Assembly: GCA_964016885.1 (NCBI GenBank)
Contig: CAXHJY010000874.1
Location: forward strand, 13,789-77,788
From: Eledone cirrhosa
Taxonomy: Eukaryota
Reading direction: 5' to 3'
Length of the DNA: 64,000 bases
This document shows, in pieces, positions 1-12,669 of this stretch. Position numbers and translations under genes: made by a program. Below the pieces are notes generated by a model. It ran no database searches and was not told where the DNA came from. It saw only the letters and a list, made by a program, of their open reading frames with translations. Numbering within the stretch: the stretch's first letter is position 1; each line of letters starts with the position of its first letter.

Positions 1-77
1 ATATATGTGTGCATGTATGTATATATATATACATACTACTGTACGTCTGTATACATATATGTATGTACGTGTACATA

Positions 78-119
<42 letters not shown>

Positions 120-124
<5 letters not shown>

Positions 125-3100
125 TAGGAAAATGCGAAGTTGAAGATGTTAGGGTCCTTGCATCTTTGTATACCGAATATATATATATATATGGTAAATT
201 TCTTTAAGTCGTTTGGAAGCCTCGACAATGCAGATGGGTAAATCTCCGGGTAACAAGATCCGATGGTGGAGAGAGACATGTAAGTGGGTGTACGTTGAGA
301 TGCGTGGCGTGTATAAGACGTGTAGAAGAATGAAGGAAAGAGCGTAAAGGATGAAAATAAAAATAACAACACGAGAGAGAGTTACCTTGGGAGAGATTTA
401 ATTGTCCCTATATATTTCGGATTCACATCCATCAACGGGTTTTTTTCCGGTGTGGGGGAAAGGTTGTCTGTCGGAAAGGTGCGAAACGTGTCCTCCGCTG
501 TTCGTTGTTTTGAATATCTGAGGTATTCAGCAGAGCGCGCGTGCGCGTGAAATGGGGTCGGTCAGGCAGAGGTCAGCGGCCGAAGTAGTTCTTTCAATTG
601 TGGGAGTGGGGTGGCGCTAGCTGTCAGTCCATTCTCTGCCTGTTTGTTGAATGTTACTGTGTGTGTGTGTGCGTGTGTTGTTGCCTCGCTTGAGTGTGTG
701 TGTGTGCATGTGTTGTTGCCTTGTTCCTCTGTATTGGCAGTGTAGTATGTTCGTATGGTGGAATGCTACTGTGTGTGTGTGCGGGTGTTGCTGTCTCGCT
801 TGTGCGGGTGTTGCTCTCTCGGATCGGTTGTTTAATTGTGGTCCTAGGCGTTTGATCCAAAGTGCTTCCTTGATACGTAACGTGCCGACGTTTCTTTCTG
901 TCGCTAGAATTGTGACAATGGGCCTTCTGTCTTTGTTTCCGCATTTGGCTATGTGTTTCCGAAAAGACGAGGCCCTGGTTTTAGTGTGTTCCTTGATCCG
1001 GATGTGCAACGGCCGGATTGTGCTACCTATATAGTATTGGTTGCACTTGTTACATTCTATCTTATACACGACGTATGTGCGTAGGCAACAGTTCGCATGG
1101 CACATCGGGCAGTCTCTGAGGGAGCACGCGTCAGTTGATTTCCCGGGTTTCCTGGAGAGGCATCTTCGCAGGGAGGGGCCCGAGTGGGCCAGGTGGATGT
1201 CGAGGCCCTACCTCCGTATAGCCTTGCGGATAGCGTTGGTGGTATTCTCGCCCAGGTGTGGCATTTTAAGGAAGCACTTGCCTTGGGTTCCTCTCTGTCT
1301 CTTGTGCCTGGTGTCTCCTACTCTGTCTGTGAGCGAGGTAGGGTACCCGTTAGTCTCCAGCACCTCGAGGAATCGCTTGGTATGAGTGACACCACTCGCG
1401 GGATCGCTGCATCTGTTTTTGATTCGCGCGATCTCGTTCGTGATGTATCCTCTTTGGCACTGTTAGGGAGGGCAGACTTGTAGTGGACGAACAGGTCCCT
1501 GCAGGCTGCCTTTCGGTAGAAGTTGCAGTGGACCCTCCCTGTTCCGTGATGTTGATTCGGAAGTCGAGGAGGGCGAGTAACCCGTCTTCGTTGGGGTGTT
1601 CAACACTGAAGTCAATGTTCTCGTCCGTGTTGTTGAACGTCTCATAGATTCTGTTCGCCGTGTCTTGGGAAGATGTGAGGATGAGGATATCGTCCACGTA
1701 CCTTGAGAAAAAGGCGACGGCGTTGGGGTGGCAGGCGTTGAGTGCCTTGCGCTCGAGGTTGTCCATGTAAGAGATCGCTAGCACACCCGACAGGCTTGAT
1801 CCCATGGGCAGTCCCGAGGCTTGTTGGTATGTTTGGTCAAATAATCCGAAGTAGGTGTTGTCGATGACGTTGGATAGGAGTTGGTGGATGTCAATGGTGG
1901 TGAGCCCGAAGCAGTGTAGGTCGGTGGATTGGATGCGTTCCATCAGTATATTGACGGCCGCGAGTGCCGGGACCAAGGTGTAGAGAGCGACTACATCAAG
2001 GCTGAAGGCATATCTGTTATTCTTTCTGGTGTGGGGATCCATTTGATGCAGGCGCTTCAACACCTCCTCGGAGCTGTTAACGTGTCCCGGAAAGGTGTCT
2101 AAGATGGGTTAGAGTATTCTGGCTAGGAGCCATGAAATTTTGTAGAGTGGTTCTTCCGCGCTCGATACAATGGACCTGATCTTCAGGTCGGGTCCCTGTT
2201 TGTGTGTTTTCACGAGGTGGTAGAAGGCGGGTAGTCTGCTGTTCCTCGCGAGGAGGTTGTATCTCAGCTTCTTCGGGAGCTTCCGCCGGTCGCAGATGTT
2301 GGTCCAGGCGGCGTTAATGTGCTCTTCTATCTGCGCGGGAGTGATTCCTGTGACCTTGGAGTAGAGGTTGTCATCGTCAAGGTGTTGGAGGGCCAGGGTG
2401 TTGTAGGCCTCTCTGCTGATGACGCAGAATTCTTTTCCCTTGTCGGAGGGGAGGTAGATGAGGTTCTTCGATTTCGGGTCGGAGAGAGTGGTGAGTTGAG
2501 ATTTAGTGAGGTTGTGTGTTGTGCGTGTGTGTGTGTGTTTGTGAAGTATATCCGAGATGGAGTGTTTTAGCCTGATGAGTTTAGTGTCGAGTTCGTGGTT
2601 GGTGGGTGGGGGGTGGAATGGGTTGTCGGGGTGGTAAGTGGGGAACTTGGGGTGGGTTGCGTGGGCGCTGTTGATGGCGGTCACCCATTTAAGTTGGTAA
2701 GCGGCTCGACAAAAGTTGGCCTCGATGTTGAGTTTGAGTCTGTCGTCGAGTCGTTGTGAGACGATGAACTTGGGTCCGAGGTGTAGGAGTTTCAGCTCGT
2801 CGCTCGTGAGAGTGCCGGTTAGGTCGGTGACCAGGTGAGTCGCATCGTTGAGGTGTGGCTCGGTGTTAGTGGATGCGGCGGTGGCGGTTGTTAAGTTGTT
2901 GTTTTCCACGTGGTTCTGGTCCGTCTGTTCGTTAGTGTCGATGTTCTCGTTGTGGAGTTTAGACAGATCCACTCATATTTTCGCTTGAGCCGTTTTTTCT
3001 CGTATTGGACTCTGGAGTGGTAGCACTGGTCGATTGCTTTAGTGATTTTCAGGAGCAAGTAGCCGGGTGCTATTGACAGTCGATGTGTCCGCTCTGAGAG

Positions 3101-3125
3101 TGTCCGCTTATGGACACACACATAC
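120..3125 (-). mobile_element. Penelope-like retroelement (Penelope/Poseidon type), 5'-truncated and decayed, flanked by (TA)n
   Basis: Minus-strand ORF pieces give the PLE N-terminus (LLHLGPKF, YLPSDKGKEFCVI, FYHLVKTHK), RT motifs (FSLDVVALYT, QQASGLPMGSSLSG, FSRYVDDIL) and a C-terminal GIY-YIG (VVYKIECNKCNQYYIGST..RIKEH..EALWIKRLGPQLN). (TA)n tracts lie at 80-120 and 3126-3140. Confidence 0.93.
406..439 (-). ncRNA. Degenerate minimal hammerhead-like motif in the PLE 3' terminal repeat
   Basis: Minus strand reads CCCG-TTGAT-GGAT gtga ATCC-GAAA-TATA-TA-GGG. Stem II, GAAA, a palindromic loop 3 and stem I are present, but the CUGANGA core is damaged. Confidence 0.4.
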
Positions 3126-3127
3126 AT
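815..3127 (-). pseudogene. PLE reverse transcriptase/GIY-YIG endonuclease polyprotein, disrupted
   Basis: ORFs 2891-3127, 2109-2972, 1350-2063 and 617-1105 are collinear pieces. An in-frame stop at 2109-2111 separates two same-frame ORFs, and there are frameshifts near 2975 and 1450-1530. Confidence 0.9.
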
Positions 3128-3352
3128 ATATATATATATAGTTGATATCTATTTACTATGACTCGTACTCACGATATTATATCGGCAATCAATATTTTCA
3201 TAAGCTAGGGAAAATCCTACAGTACTGTAAGATATTGGTGTTATGCAATTTTGCAGGCTTTGTTAGATCACGAAACTATTAGTTGCGGATGTAATATCAT
3301 GTGTACGAATCACTATACACACACACACACATACACACACACACACACACAC

Positions 3353-3392
<40 letters not shown>

Positions 3393-3778
3393 GCGCACGT
3401 ACGCACACCCTAGAATACGCCCACACAAGAAACAAAGAATAAAAACTGAACACAGGATGCACAAATATCTTAAAGAGGCTGGTTGCTGCTTAAAACATCA
3501 CCAAAGCCCACTTCTTGTTGGTGGTTGTGTTAATTTGTGACAGACGACTGACTGTACGGAGAGGGGTATGCTCCACCATTGCCAAATAAAATAAAAGAAG
3601 GCAACAAATATATCCTACTACAACAGTAACAACAACAATAATAGATGATTATCTCTCCCCAAATACCAGACGCATGCTAATCTTTCCCCTTAACCTGTTC
3701 TACAATTCTATCTGAACAATGTACAGCATATAAAGTGTTACGTTGGTTGATCTGTGAACATCCCCGAAGTAGGGGAAG

Positions 3779-3975
<197 letters not shown>

Positions 3976-4290
3976 CTGTTTAGATTGCCATACTGGATAA
4001 CAATAACAATAAACAATTGTGTCTTCATGACATTTTGAAGAAGAAAAGTCATTGATAAAAAAACTGCTTAAATTCAATAAATTGATATAGATTCAGCAAA
4101 CCATCTGTGGATATCATTGACACACAGTTAGTCCACGAAGACTTTAATAATATACACCATATTCTCAGAAAATACATGTGGTGGTTTAGATGTAGATATC
4201 ACTAAACTACAGTTTAATGCTCGCCTCTCGAGTTTCTTTATTCAAACTTTCTTTATAATGCATATTTTAAAATGTAATTTTATACAAATA

Positions 4291-4485
4291 CAGACCTGTC
4301 AACTCTCCCCGTCCGACGGGGAGGTATCCCACCCACTTTGGGGTAGGTGAGAGATGTCTCCTCTTGTGAAAATGGGTATAGCTTTCATTATGTAAAATCT
4401 CCCCATTTTTGCCTCATTTCTCCTCGTTTGGGGGCACTTTTTTCATGGTGCTCTCCGTTTGGGTATTTAGAGGTTGACAGGTCTG
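4291..4485. mobile_element. MITE, 195 bp, 13-bp TIR CAGACCTGTCAAC, 6-bp TSD CAAATA (hAT-like termini)
   Basis: cagacctgtcaac at 4291 and gttgacaggtctg ending at 4485. caaata lies immediately on both sides. Confidence 0.8.
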
Positions 4486-4529
4486 CAAATACATTTTCGA
4501 ATATATAGGTAACGATTATGTTGATGAAA

Positions 4530-5145
4530 TAATTGTTTCTACTTTTGGCACAAGGCCAGTAATTATTCCAGTGCATTACTGGTACTTTATTTTATCGACC
4601 CCGTAAGGATGAAAGGCAAAGTTAACCTCGGCGGGATTTGAACTCAGATCATAAAGGGAGGTAACTCTATGCTTCAAAGCATGGCGTCCGACCCTTACCG
4701 ATACTGCCGAAATAATGGTTTCTGATTTTGACATAAGGCCAATAATTATGGAGAAGGGGAAAGTCGGTTAAATCGACCCCAGTGCATTACTGGTACTTTA
4801 TTTCATCGACCCTGTAAGGATGAAAAGCTATGCTAACCACGATGGAATTTAAACTCAGAATATAAAGGGACGTAACTATATCTCACAAAGCATGTCTTCT
4901 GACTCTCTACCGATACTGCCAATTCACACTGCAGTATAATGGTTTCTGATTTAGGCACAATGCCAACAATTTAGGGGATGGAGAATGTCGATTAAATCGA
5001 TTCTAGTGTGTTACTGATACTTTATTTTATCGACTCGGTAAGGATGGAAAGCAATACTAACCTTGGAGGGATTTGAAGTCAGAACATAAAGGGATGTAGC
5101 TACATGCCGCAACTATGTTTCCGACGTTCTACCGAAACTGTTAAT
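4530..5145 (-). mobile_element. Three head-to-tail copies of a tRNA-derived SINE with a Deu/Nin-like domain
   Basis: Each copy has the reverse complement of GGCAGTATCGGTAGAG..GAGTTCAAATCCCGCCGAGG (A/B boxes), followed by TTTGCCTTTCATCCTTACGGGGTCGATAAAATAAAGTACCAG. Confidence 0.85.
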
Positions 5146-5459
5146 CGACCTAATAATTTTTTTTTTTTTCTAATTCCTAGTTATAGAAGTGACATTATGT
5201 TCCAATATAAAATCTATGACATTGTCTGATTGATGTCATTTATTATCAATATAAAGTTAGAAGGCATCATTAACAAATTTCCGAGTTTAGATTTAGACTA
5301 CAACAAATACAGACTGAGAAAGCATTCACGTACAAAAGTATACAATAATGAAAGTATTTTTTTTTAAATAGAATATCTGTATCTGTAGTTTTTTTAGTTT
5401 TCATTAATATAATCGTAATTTATATTTTCGAAATGTACATTTTATGCAAAGTGTGTGTT

Positions 5460-5725
5460 GGACCTCCGTCGGTTCCGACGACGAGTGTTCCAGCTATTCC
5501 AACAGAGGAAGAGCTCACTCGTAAAATTAACGTGTAACTGGCTGAGTATTCCACAAGCAGTTGTACCATTAACATAATTCCCAAGGAGATTCAGCGTGAC
5601 AAAAAGGTGACAGGGTTGACCGTTTGAATTACAAGCGCAGCTAACTCATTTCTGTTAGTTGAGTGAACTGAAACGACGTGAAATAAAGTTTCTTGCTCAA
5701 GGACACGACACACCGGCCAGACCTG
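5460..5725 (-). mobile_element. CORE-type tRNA SINE fragment
   Basis: Reverse complement of GTGTCCTTGAGCAAGAAACTTTATTTCACG and the body ending CCGACGGAGGTCC. Matches the full copy at 46868-47186. Confidence 0.75.
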
Positions 5726-6164
5726 GAATGGAAATCTCTGAAAAGAAAAATATGCATTATCGAACAAGCAAGTTCTAGGGAAACAACGTCAGGGGTGGGT
5801 GGAGCTGTGACCTATAATTATGTCGTGGGCGTTAGCTTTACCCTTCAAAACATAGATTTATCAATACAATTAACTTACTCCTGTCAAATCTAATAGCTAA
5901 TTATAATTATCGTTTAAAAAAGCACAAAATATGGTCGATTTAATCGACTAACCTCGCCACAACCTCCGCCTCCCAAATATTTGGCCACGTGCCTATATTT
6001 CTAACAATTCATTTCTTTCTTCCTCCCATGCTTTTATTTTACTTTTCATTGTGTATTCTAACTAAATATTTATTTATTATATTTACTCACATGTTTGGCT
6101 TTTGTAGGCTATCTCTTCGTGTTTTATTAATTATTCTTTTCATTTGTCAGTCAGTCAATCACTC

Positions 6165-6165
<1 letters not shown>

Positions 6166-6254
<89 letters not shown>

Positions 6255-6363
6255 GGTGGTGGTGGTGGTGGTGGTGGTGGTAGTAGTAGTAGTGGATGTG
6301 GTGGTGGTGGTGGTGGTGGTTGGGGTAGTAGTGGTGGTGGTGGTGGTAGTAGTAGTGGTGTTG

Positions 6364-6399
<36 letters not shown>

Positions 6400-6415
6400 A
6401 CAGCAGCAGCAGTAG
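6166..6415. repeat. (GTA)n/(GTG)n trinucleotide microsatellite
   Basis: Seen directly. Confidence 0.95.
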
Positions 6416-7057
6416 TATTAATTGTTCTTGATATTGATGTTGGTGGTAGTGGTGGTGTTTAGCACCAGCTCAACGTTGATCAAGCAGATCTGTGATCAAA
6501 TATATTCCAGCCATGACTATCCCTTCTTACCTCTCCATTCCTCAAACATTTCTCCTTCCTTCTTTCTTCTCCATCTTTGTTCTTTTTCATTCTGTTGTTC
6601 ATTCCACCATTTTATTCACCTCTTCATTCCATTGTTATCAACTTTCATTCATTCATTCATTTATTTAATCGTTTTTTCATCCGATTTGTTCTTTTTTCCT
6701 TCCATCCCTCATTCAAACGCCCTTCCTTCTATCCTTCCGTCGTTTAATTATTTTATTTGTGTCTTTGTACTATTGTTATTGCCTCTGTTACCATCTGTCA
6801 TTCATTCGTTTAAAAATCCTTTCTTTCATTCATTCGTTATTTCATTCCTTTGGTCTGACTATCCTTTCATTGATTCCTATTTTATCTTTAACACCACTCA
6901 CATTGTGTCGAACAAATTAACATTTATATACACCCACATCACATTTCTCTCGTATTATATTATTCACTACATTTCAACATTCAATTTGCAAGTGTCTTTA
7001 TGTAAGTTTACTAGCTATAACCGTCACTCACAATCGAGTATAACTTGGTAATATGTG

Positions 7058-7222
7058 CAGGGCCTCCAAGAGAAATTTTGCAAGGGTGGTACAAAACCCA
7101 TTTGGGGCCCGAAGCAGGCAAATATGTTTCTCAAAATGGATGTTACATGGTTGCTGTGGGGCCTTCTTAGCTCTTGGGCCCCGGAACAAATTACTGGCTG
7201 GACTCTCCTCTCATAGGCCCTG
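7058..7222. mobile_element. hAT-like MITE, 165 bp
   Basis: TIR CAGGGCCT/AGGCCCTG. The flanking 8-mers AATATGTG and AGTGTGTG match at 6/8 (eroded TSD). Internal GGGGCCCC motifs. Confidence 0.7.
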
Positions 7223-7373
7223 AGTGTGTGCCATGCTTTTGCTAAGGTCTTTAGGTGTCCATGTAGTCACAGAAATCCCCCCCCCCCGACCCTCCCTATC
7301 TTGCTTGATCCAGTGGAACAAATAGAATGTGACAGCTAGAAGGAAGGGGGGGGGGCTACCAAATCGAAAACCT

Positions 7374-7411
<38 letters not shown>

Positions 7412-7416
<5 letters not shown>

Positions 7417-7627
7417 ATAACAATAAATGTGAAGACTAAAATCCAAAGAGGGCTCGATAAGGATAAATATATATCAAATATATAAGAACCCTATATTTAT
7501 TAAAATAACAGATTAAAGTTTAAGCAAATGATCGCTGCTTTCATCACCCTTAACAGGATCTTCTGAAACTAAAAAAATCAATCTGTGAACGCAGAAGTAA
7601 ATATTTCGAAAAAATAACCCTCTTAAC

Positions 7628-7635
<8 letters not shown>
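7412..7635 (-). mobile_element. Solo terminal-repeat (pLTR) fragment of the Naiad family at 58064-60051
   Basis: Reverse complement of 59860-60051 (e.g. ATCCAAAGAGGGCTCGATAAGGATAAAT, TAAAATAACAGATTAAAGTTTAAG), bounded by (TA)n on both sides. Confidence 0.85.
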
Positions 7636-7702
<67 letters not shown>

Positions 7703-8029
7703 TGTTAAGAGGGTTATTTTTACATAATTGTTTTATCGCATTATATATATATATATATTTCAATGACATCGTTATGCAATGGTTATATCATTGACAGTCT
7801 CCATGTGACATCATCAGATGCTCACACAATTATGAGGTGTCGTAATGTAAGTATGCAGATATGCCGCTGGTAACCTATTACTATGTTGGTGTGATACAAA
7901 GTACTTCTTAATTACTTAAACAGATTTATCCTCGCCGCGTTACAGCGTAACCTCCATGGTTAAGCACCACATTTATCTGCACTAAATATATGTCCTCTTT
8001 TTCTTCTTTTCCTTGTTCACTTATTCAAT

Positions 8030-8295
8030 AAAAGGATTGTGGGGACAGAGTCCCTAGACACACCTTCTAGAGGATCCTGTCAAATGCAACAAGTCTCCAA
8101 ATGATCCAAATGAACCCCAAGCGAGACTAACCGAGCTCATGGATGTCATCAAACCATCTTGCTCGTGATCTACCTCTGAGTCTCCTGCCGGTTGATTTTA
8201 CTCGTAAAATCTGTCCATCAATTCTTTACTTTGATCTACTAACCATATCTCAGTAGTAGCGGAGCTGTGATCTCTCGATGAGGAGAAGTAGCACT
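8030..8295 (-). mobile_element. RTE-like LINE 3' fragment
   Basis: Similar to 31300-31640 and 39910-40250 (GCGAGAC..AGCTCATG, GGAGCTGTGATCTCTC..GGAGAAGTAGC). Confidence 0.6.
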
Positions 8296-8687
8296 CATTT
8301 TTGTCAGCTGATTGGACTGGGAGCAACGCTATATAAAGTGTTTTGCTCAAGGACACAACATGTCGCTGGGAAAAGAAAGCTTGACTTTACAATCGTGAGT
8401 TGAACACGCGTTTTCACTATTTACAGATATGTTACGAATATTGACAAGTTAATAGACGAAATGACTTTATTAGGGATTGTCGTTTGACAAGGTTCTAGTT
8501 TCTTGGGAAACGGTTCAGCCTCATCATCACTCGATGTGGAGAAGTAGCGGCTCTTCCTGAAGCAATTCCCATGTAAGGATTAACATGCGCAGCTAGATTG
8601 AAAGTAGTATCAAAACTGGCGGTTGTAGGATCATTCGGATGATATTTGTAGACGACATAGTGATACTTAACTCGTCGGAAGGGGATC

Positions 8688-8873
8688 TCTTCTTCTTCTT
8701 CTTCTTCTTCTTCTTCTTCTTCTTCTTCTTCTTCTTCTTCTTCTTCTTCTCCCCTCCTCCTCCTTCTTCTTCTTCTTCTGCTTCTTCTTCTTCTTCTTCT
8801 TCTTCTTCTTCTTCTTCTTCTTCTTCTTCTTCTTCTTCTTCTTCTTCTTCTTCTTCTTCTTCTTCTTCTTCTT
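8688..8873. repeat. (CTT)n microsatellite
   Basis: Seen directly. Confidence 0.97.
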
Positions 8874-9964
8874 TCTATTTATGTAGGTATTTTTAACGTA
8901 AAAATAGTTTATTTTCCTTGTAACTGTTCCTGTGAAGTGTACCAGTATTTTATTGTTTGATCTCCAATGTTCAAACAAAGTTAAAAGAATTGGAAACCAC
9001 TGATCCAGCTGGAAATTCGTTAAATACCTGAGTCATCCCACCCTGGATACCACCCAGCAATCTCAACACCCCTCTTCTAGTATTCACATCAGGCTCCCTC
9101 ATTTCTTTCTACACTTTTCTGCGCCCCTCCACAAACTCTTTTCTCCCACACACCCTTTTCCTTACCTTTCTTTTCCCTCCTTCCCCTTTTCTCTTCATCC
9201 AAATTCTCCATCTACCTCACCCCATACCCATCCATATATTTTTCTCCCCCACCATAGGGAAATTTAGCTGAGATGTCTATGAGAAAGACCTGCTACAAGG
9301 CAATTTATCCCTTCTAGCTGTAAGGCGTCGTTCCAGGCTGACTGACACATGTACAGTGAATGTTTGGCGGGAAAATTATACGCCAGGGCTCACTTCGAGC
9401 GGAATAATAAGATACGGGATTAATAATACTTGAAATTGAAATCCAACTGAATTCTGTGGTATGCTTCAGCAATTTGCACTGAGAATTATAAGTATGGGAT
9501 GAAATGGACCTCCGTCAGTTTCAATAAATACTTTATTTCATGTTACTTTGCTCCTTCTGTCGTTGTAACATCGGATAGAATGCTTTATGGTATTCGTTCC
9601 GGTTCTCTGCTCTCGGAGTTCGAATCCCACCGAGGTCAACTTTGCCTTTCGAGATTGATAAAAAAAGTACCAGTCTAGTACTGGAGTCGGTTATTTCTCT
9701 ATATCTCTTTCTCATTTCCTCTTTCTCACTTTTTATCTTTCTTCTGGGAGAAATCTGCTGTACTTGGGCCTGGAGAGGTCTTAAAATGCACAAGAAACAC
9801 TGTATGCCAATACAGTACCCCTACGACCACATCATACCTTTTGTCAGTAGTTACGCCCGGCAGATAGTGGAATTGACCTTCGTTGGTTTCTACGATGAGT
9901 ATTCCAGCTGCTCGATCAACGGAACAGCCTGCTAATGAAATTAACGTGCAATCCACAGAAGCAT

Positions 9965-10553
9965 TTAGAGGGTTGGAATAAGCAGGGTGGGGAGATAAGC
10001 GGCAGAGTGGAATAAGTGGGGTGGGGAGATAAGCGGCAGAGTGGAATAAGTGGGGTGGGGAGATAAGCGGCAGAGTGGAATAAGTGGGGTGGGGAGATAA
10101 GCGGCAGAGTGGAATAAGCAGGGTGGGGAGATAAGCGGCAGAGTGGAATAAGTGGGGTGGGGAGATAAGCGGCAGAATGGAATAAGTGGGGTGGGGAGAT
10201 AAGCGGCAGAGTGGAATAAGTTGGTAATTTTTCTAGGTTATCTCCGTTGTTTTTTTTTTAAAACCAGAATTAGTCGTTTAATTTACATATTGAGACTCCC
10301 CAATCTATCCTATTTATTTTATAACGTATGAGATTTCTAGTAATGTACTTTTGGGGTCATGTATAATGTTTTTTTAATGCATAAAGAAAATTAATTGTCG
10401 CGGGAATGCTACTACTTAAAATAACATTTCGCCGGAGATAGATTAGTAAAATTTAATAAGTAGTGGGAGGGGTGGTTGAAATAACAGCGGGGAGGGAAAA
10501 ATTAAAAAAATTAATAAACGGGAGTGAGGACGATTATTCGAGACCCGAGAGTA
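9965..10553. mobile_element. MITE copy (TACTCT..AATAAT TIR family) with the left TIR lost, nested in a CORE-type SINE
   Basis: 10220-10553 aligns with 34315-34635 and ends in ATTATTCGAGACCCGAGAGTA. SINE sequence lies at 9875-9960 and resumes after 10553. Confidence 0.75.
9973..10220. repeat. 34-bp G-rich minisatellite, about 7 copies (GTGGAATAAGTGGGGTGGGGAGATAAGCGGCAGA)
   Basis: Tandem units seen directly. The unit resembles the internal GATAAGCGG...TGGAA segment of the MITE at 34258. Confidence 0.92.
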
Positions 10554-10616
10554 CGCTTAATTCTCAAGGGGGAATTAACGATATATGTAAAGGAATAGTT
10601 AAAATAACTCTTCCGT

Positions 10617-10760
10617 GATGTAATTGCTTTAGTTTCAACACAGTCTCAGATCAAGACACTTACCAGAGAAGTACAACTGTGGTTGAAATTAATCTTCCAC
10701 ACAATAATTGTTTTGTGTCAACACAACCTCAGATCATGTCATTTGCCAAACAAGTACAAA
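10617..10760. repeat. Dispersed repeat with an internal dimer of about 80-90 bp; inverted copy at 27690-27855
   Basis: ..TCAACACA(GT/AC)CTCAGATCA..AAGTACAA occurs twice here, and twice in reverse complement at 27.7-27.85 kb. Confidence 0.6.
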
Positions 10761-10777
10761 TCCTAAAGTTAATTTTT

Positions 10778-11060
10778 TCTTCTTCTTCTTCTTCTTCTTC
10801 TTCTTCTTCTTCTTCTTCTTCTTCTTCTCCTCCTCCTCCTCCTCCTCCTCCTCCTCCTCCTCCTCCTTCTTCTTCTTCTTCTTCTTCTTCTTCTTCTCCT
10901 CCTCCTCCTCCTCCTCCTCCTCCTCCTCCTCCTCCTCCTCCTTCTTCTTCTTCTTCTTCTTCTTCTTCTTCTTCTCCTCCTCCTCCTCCTCCTCCTCCTC
11001 CTCCTTCTTCTTCTTCTTCTTCTTCTTCTTCTTCTTCTTCTTCTTCTTCTTCTTCTTCTT
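10778..11060. repeat. Alternating (CTT)n/(CCT)n microsatellite
   Basis: Seen directly. A pure polypyrimidine tract. Confidence 0.97.
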
Positions 11061-11177
11061 GAGACCCCTCTATCCTAATATATTCCCAAAGAAGAACTTA
11101 CCTTTGTAAATTCCATGATTTTTTAAATTTTAATTTTTCACACACAAATATATGTCTGTGTATATATATATATATAC

Positions 11178-11603
11178 TGTAACTGTAGAAACAAAGCAAA
11201 TTGCCCATTAAAAGGAAATTGCCTTATTAATAACATACTATATAAATGTAAAGTTAACACTAAGGACTCAATTTATTCATATATAGGAGCTACTTCTAAT
11301 CAATTTAAAGTAAGATTTAATACCCACAAACACAGTTTTAAAAATGCCGCATTAGCTAATACAACATCTTTAGCTGAAATAATTAATAATTATAGAAAAA
11401 GGAATATAGATTATAACCTGACCTGGAGTGTGCTCAAAAGGGCCACCCCTTATCAAAATAATAGATATGAATGTAGATTATGTTCCCAGGAACTTTTTGA
11501 AATAATGAAATTTAAGGATATCCTATTAAATAAACGACAGGAATTAATTATATCATGTAATCATAAACTGAGAAGAACCTTTAAATATTATAAACCTAAT
11601 TAA
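11178..11603 (+). pseudogene. Naiad-type PLE GIY-YIG endonuclease domain: open frame with no start codon, absent from the ORF track
   Basis: Manual translation, 141 codons to TAA: CNCRNKANCPLKGNCLINNILYKCKV..YSYIGATSNQFKVRFNTHKHSF..TSLAE..LTWSVLKRATPY..CRLCSQELFEI..LLNKRQELIISCNH. Confidence 0.92.
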
Positions 11604-12340
11604 TATACACTTTGGAAATTATTATAATAACACTTTTTTAAAATTAGTTAACCTATAATTAATATTCTACTACTAATGAACTGCATAATTTTATTTCCCT
11701 TTTACAGCTATCTTTTCCTAAAATTTATACCATTAAGTATACATATAAACTATTTTAATTTCAGGTTATGATTCTATGTTCCTTATAATCTATATAAATT
11801 TGTTATTTCTCACTAATAAATTTACACCCCCCCCCCCCCAATAATTATTATTATTATTTTTTTACTTTCCCTTCGTTTTTAACAGCATTCTTCAATTACA
11901 TCTAACTCTTATTTATCATATCTATATGAATTAATATAAATTTATCAATATAAATATACCTATCAATTTAATTAATTTATTTTCTTTTTATAGATGTAAA
12001 TTCCCTATATTTTAAATAAGATTGATATTTTTCACTAACACATTTAACGTAAAATTTTATTCTCCTTAGATATTTACATTAGCATTATTCTTTTATAATA
12101 TCACTTTTTCGTGTACCTTTTACCGACTTGACCTATTTTCATCCCTAAAATAATCTTTTCATTCAGCATACTCTTTCCATTCAAAACTGAAATCTGCTTT
12201 CCTCTACCCCTAAATTAAAGTTCTATTACTACTATTCTACTATCTTGACCACTTACTACCTTTCTATTGGTCAATTCAAAACCTGTTCCCAAACAGATCT
12301 ATTATATTAAATCTTTGTTGGTTTTTTCAATAAACAAATA

Positions 12341-12480
12341 TCATTATTTCTGAAGACAGCATATATATGTGTAGGTATGTATATTCACTCTGATAGTTTG
12401 TAAAAAATTTATATAGATCTATATGATATACATACCAACACAAATACATATATATCCTAGAAACGATCGTAAAATGATGA
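12341..12480 (+). ncRNA. Type I hammerhead ribozyme with extended stem II
   Basis: TCATTATTT-CTGAAGA-[about 100-nt hairpin, ATATATATGT/ACATATATAT and GGTATGTATAT/ATATACATACC]-GAAAC-GATC-GTA-AAATGATGA. Stem I is 9 bp with one G-U, and loop 3 is palindromic. Confidence 0.8.
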
Positions 12481-12628
12481 ATTTTTTAATATAAGGAACT
12501 GTTTCTTTGTTTTTATTCATTATTTTTATTAATTTATCTTGACTCTGTTTTCCTGTATTTTTCATCGGAAAAAATTTTTTTGAATACATCTTCTCTTTTC
12601 ATGATATTCGGATTACATTGAGTTCTTC

Positions 12629-12669
<41 letters not shown>

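Larger units (their letters stand above)
11177..12630 (+). mobile_element. 5'-truncated Naiad-type PLE: endonuclease, AT-rich 3' region and hammerhead-bearing terminal repeat
   Basis: Starts at (TA)n, carries the EN frame, about 1 kb of AT-rich tail and a hammerhead at 12341, and ends at (GT)n. Confidence 0.8.
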
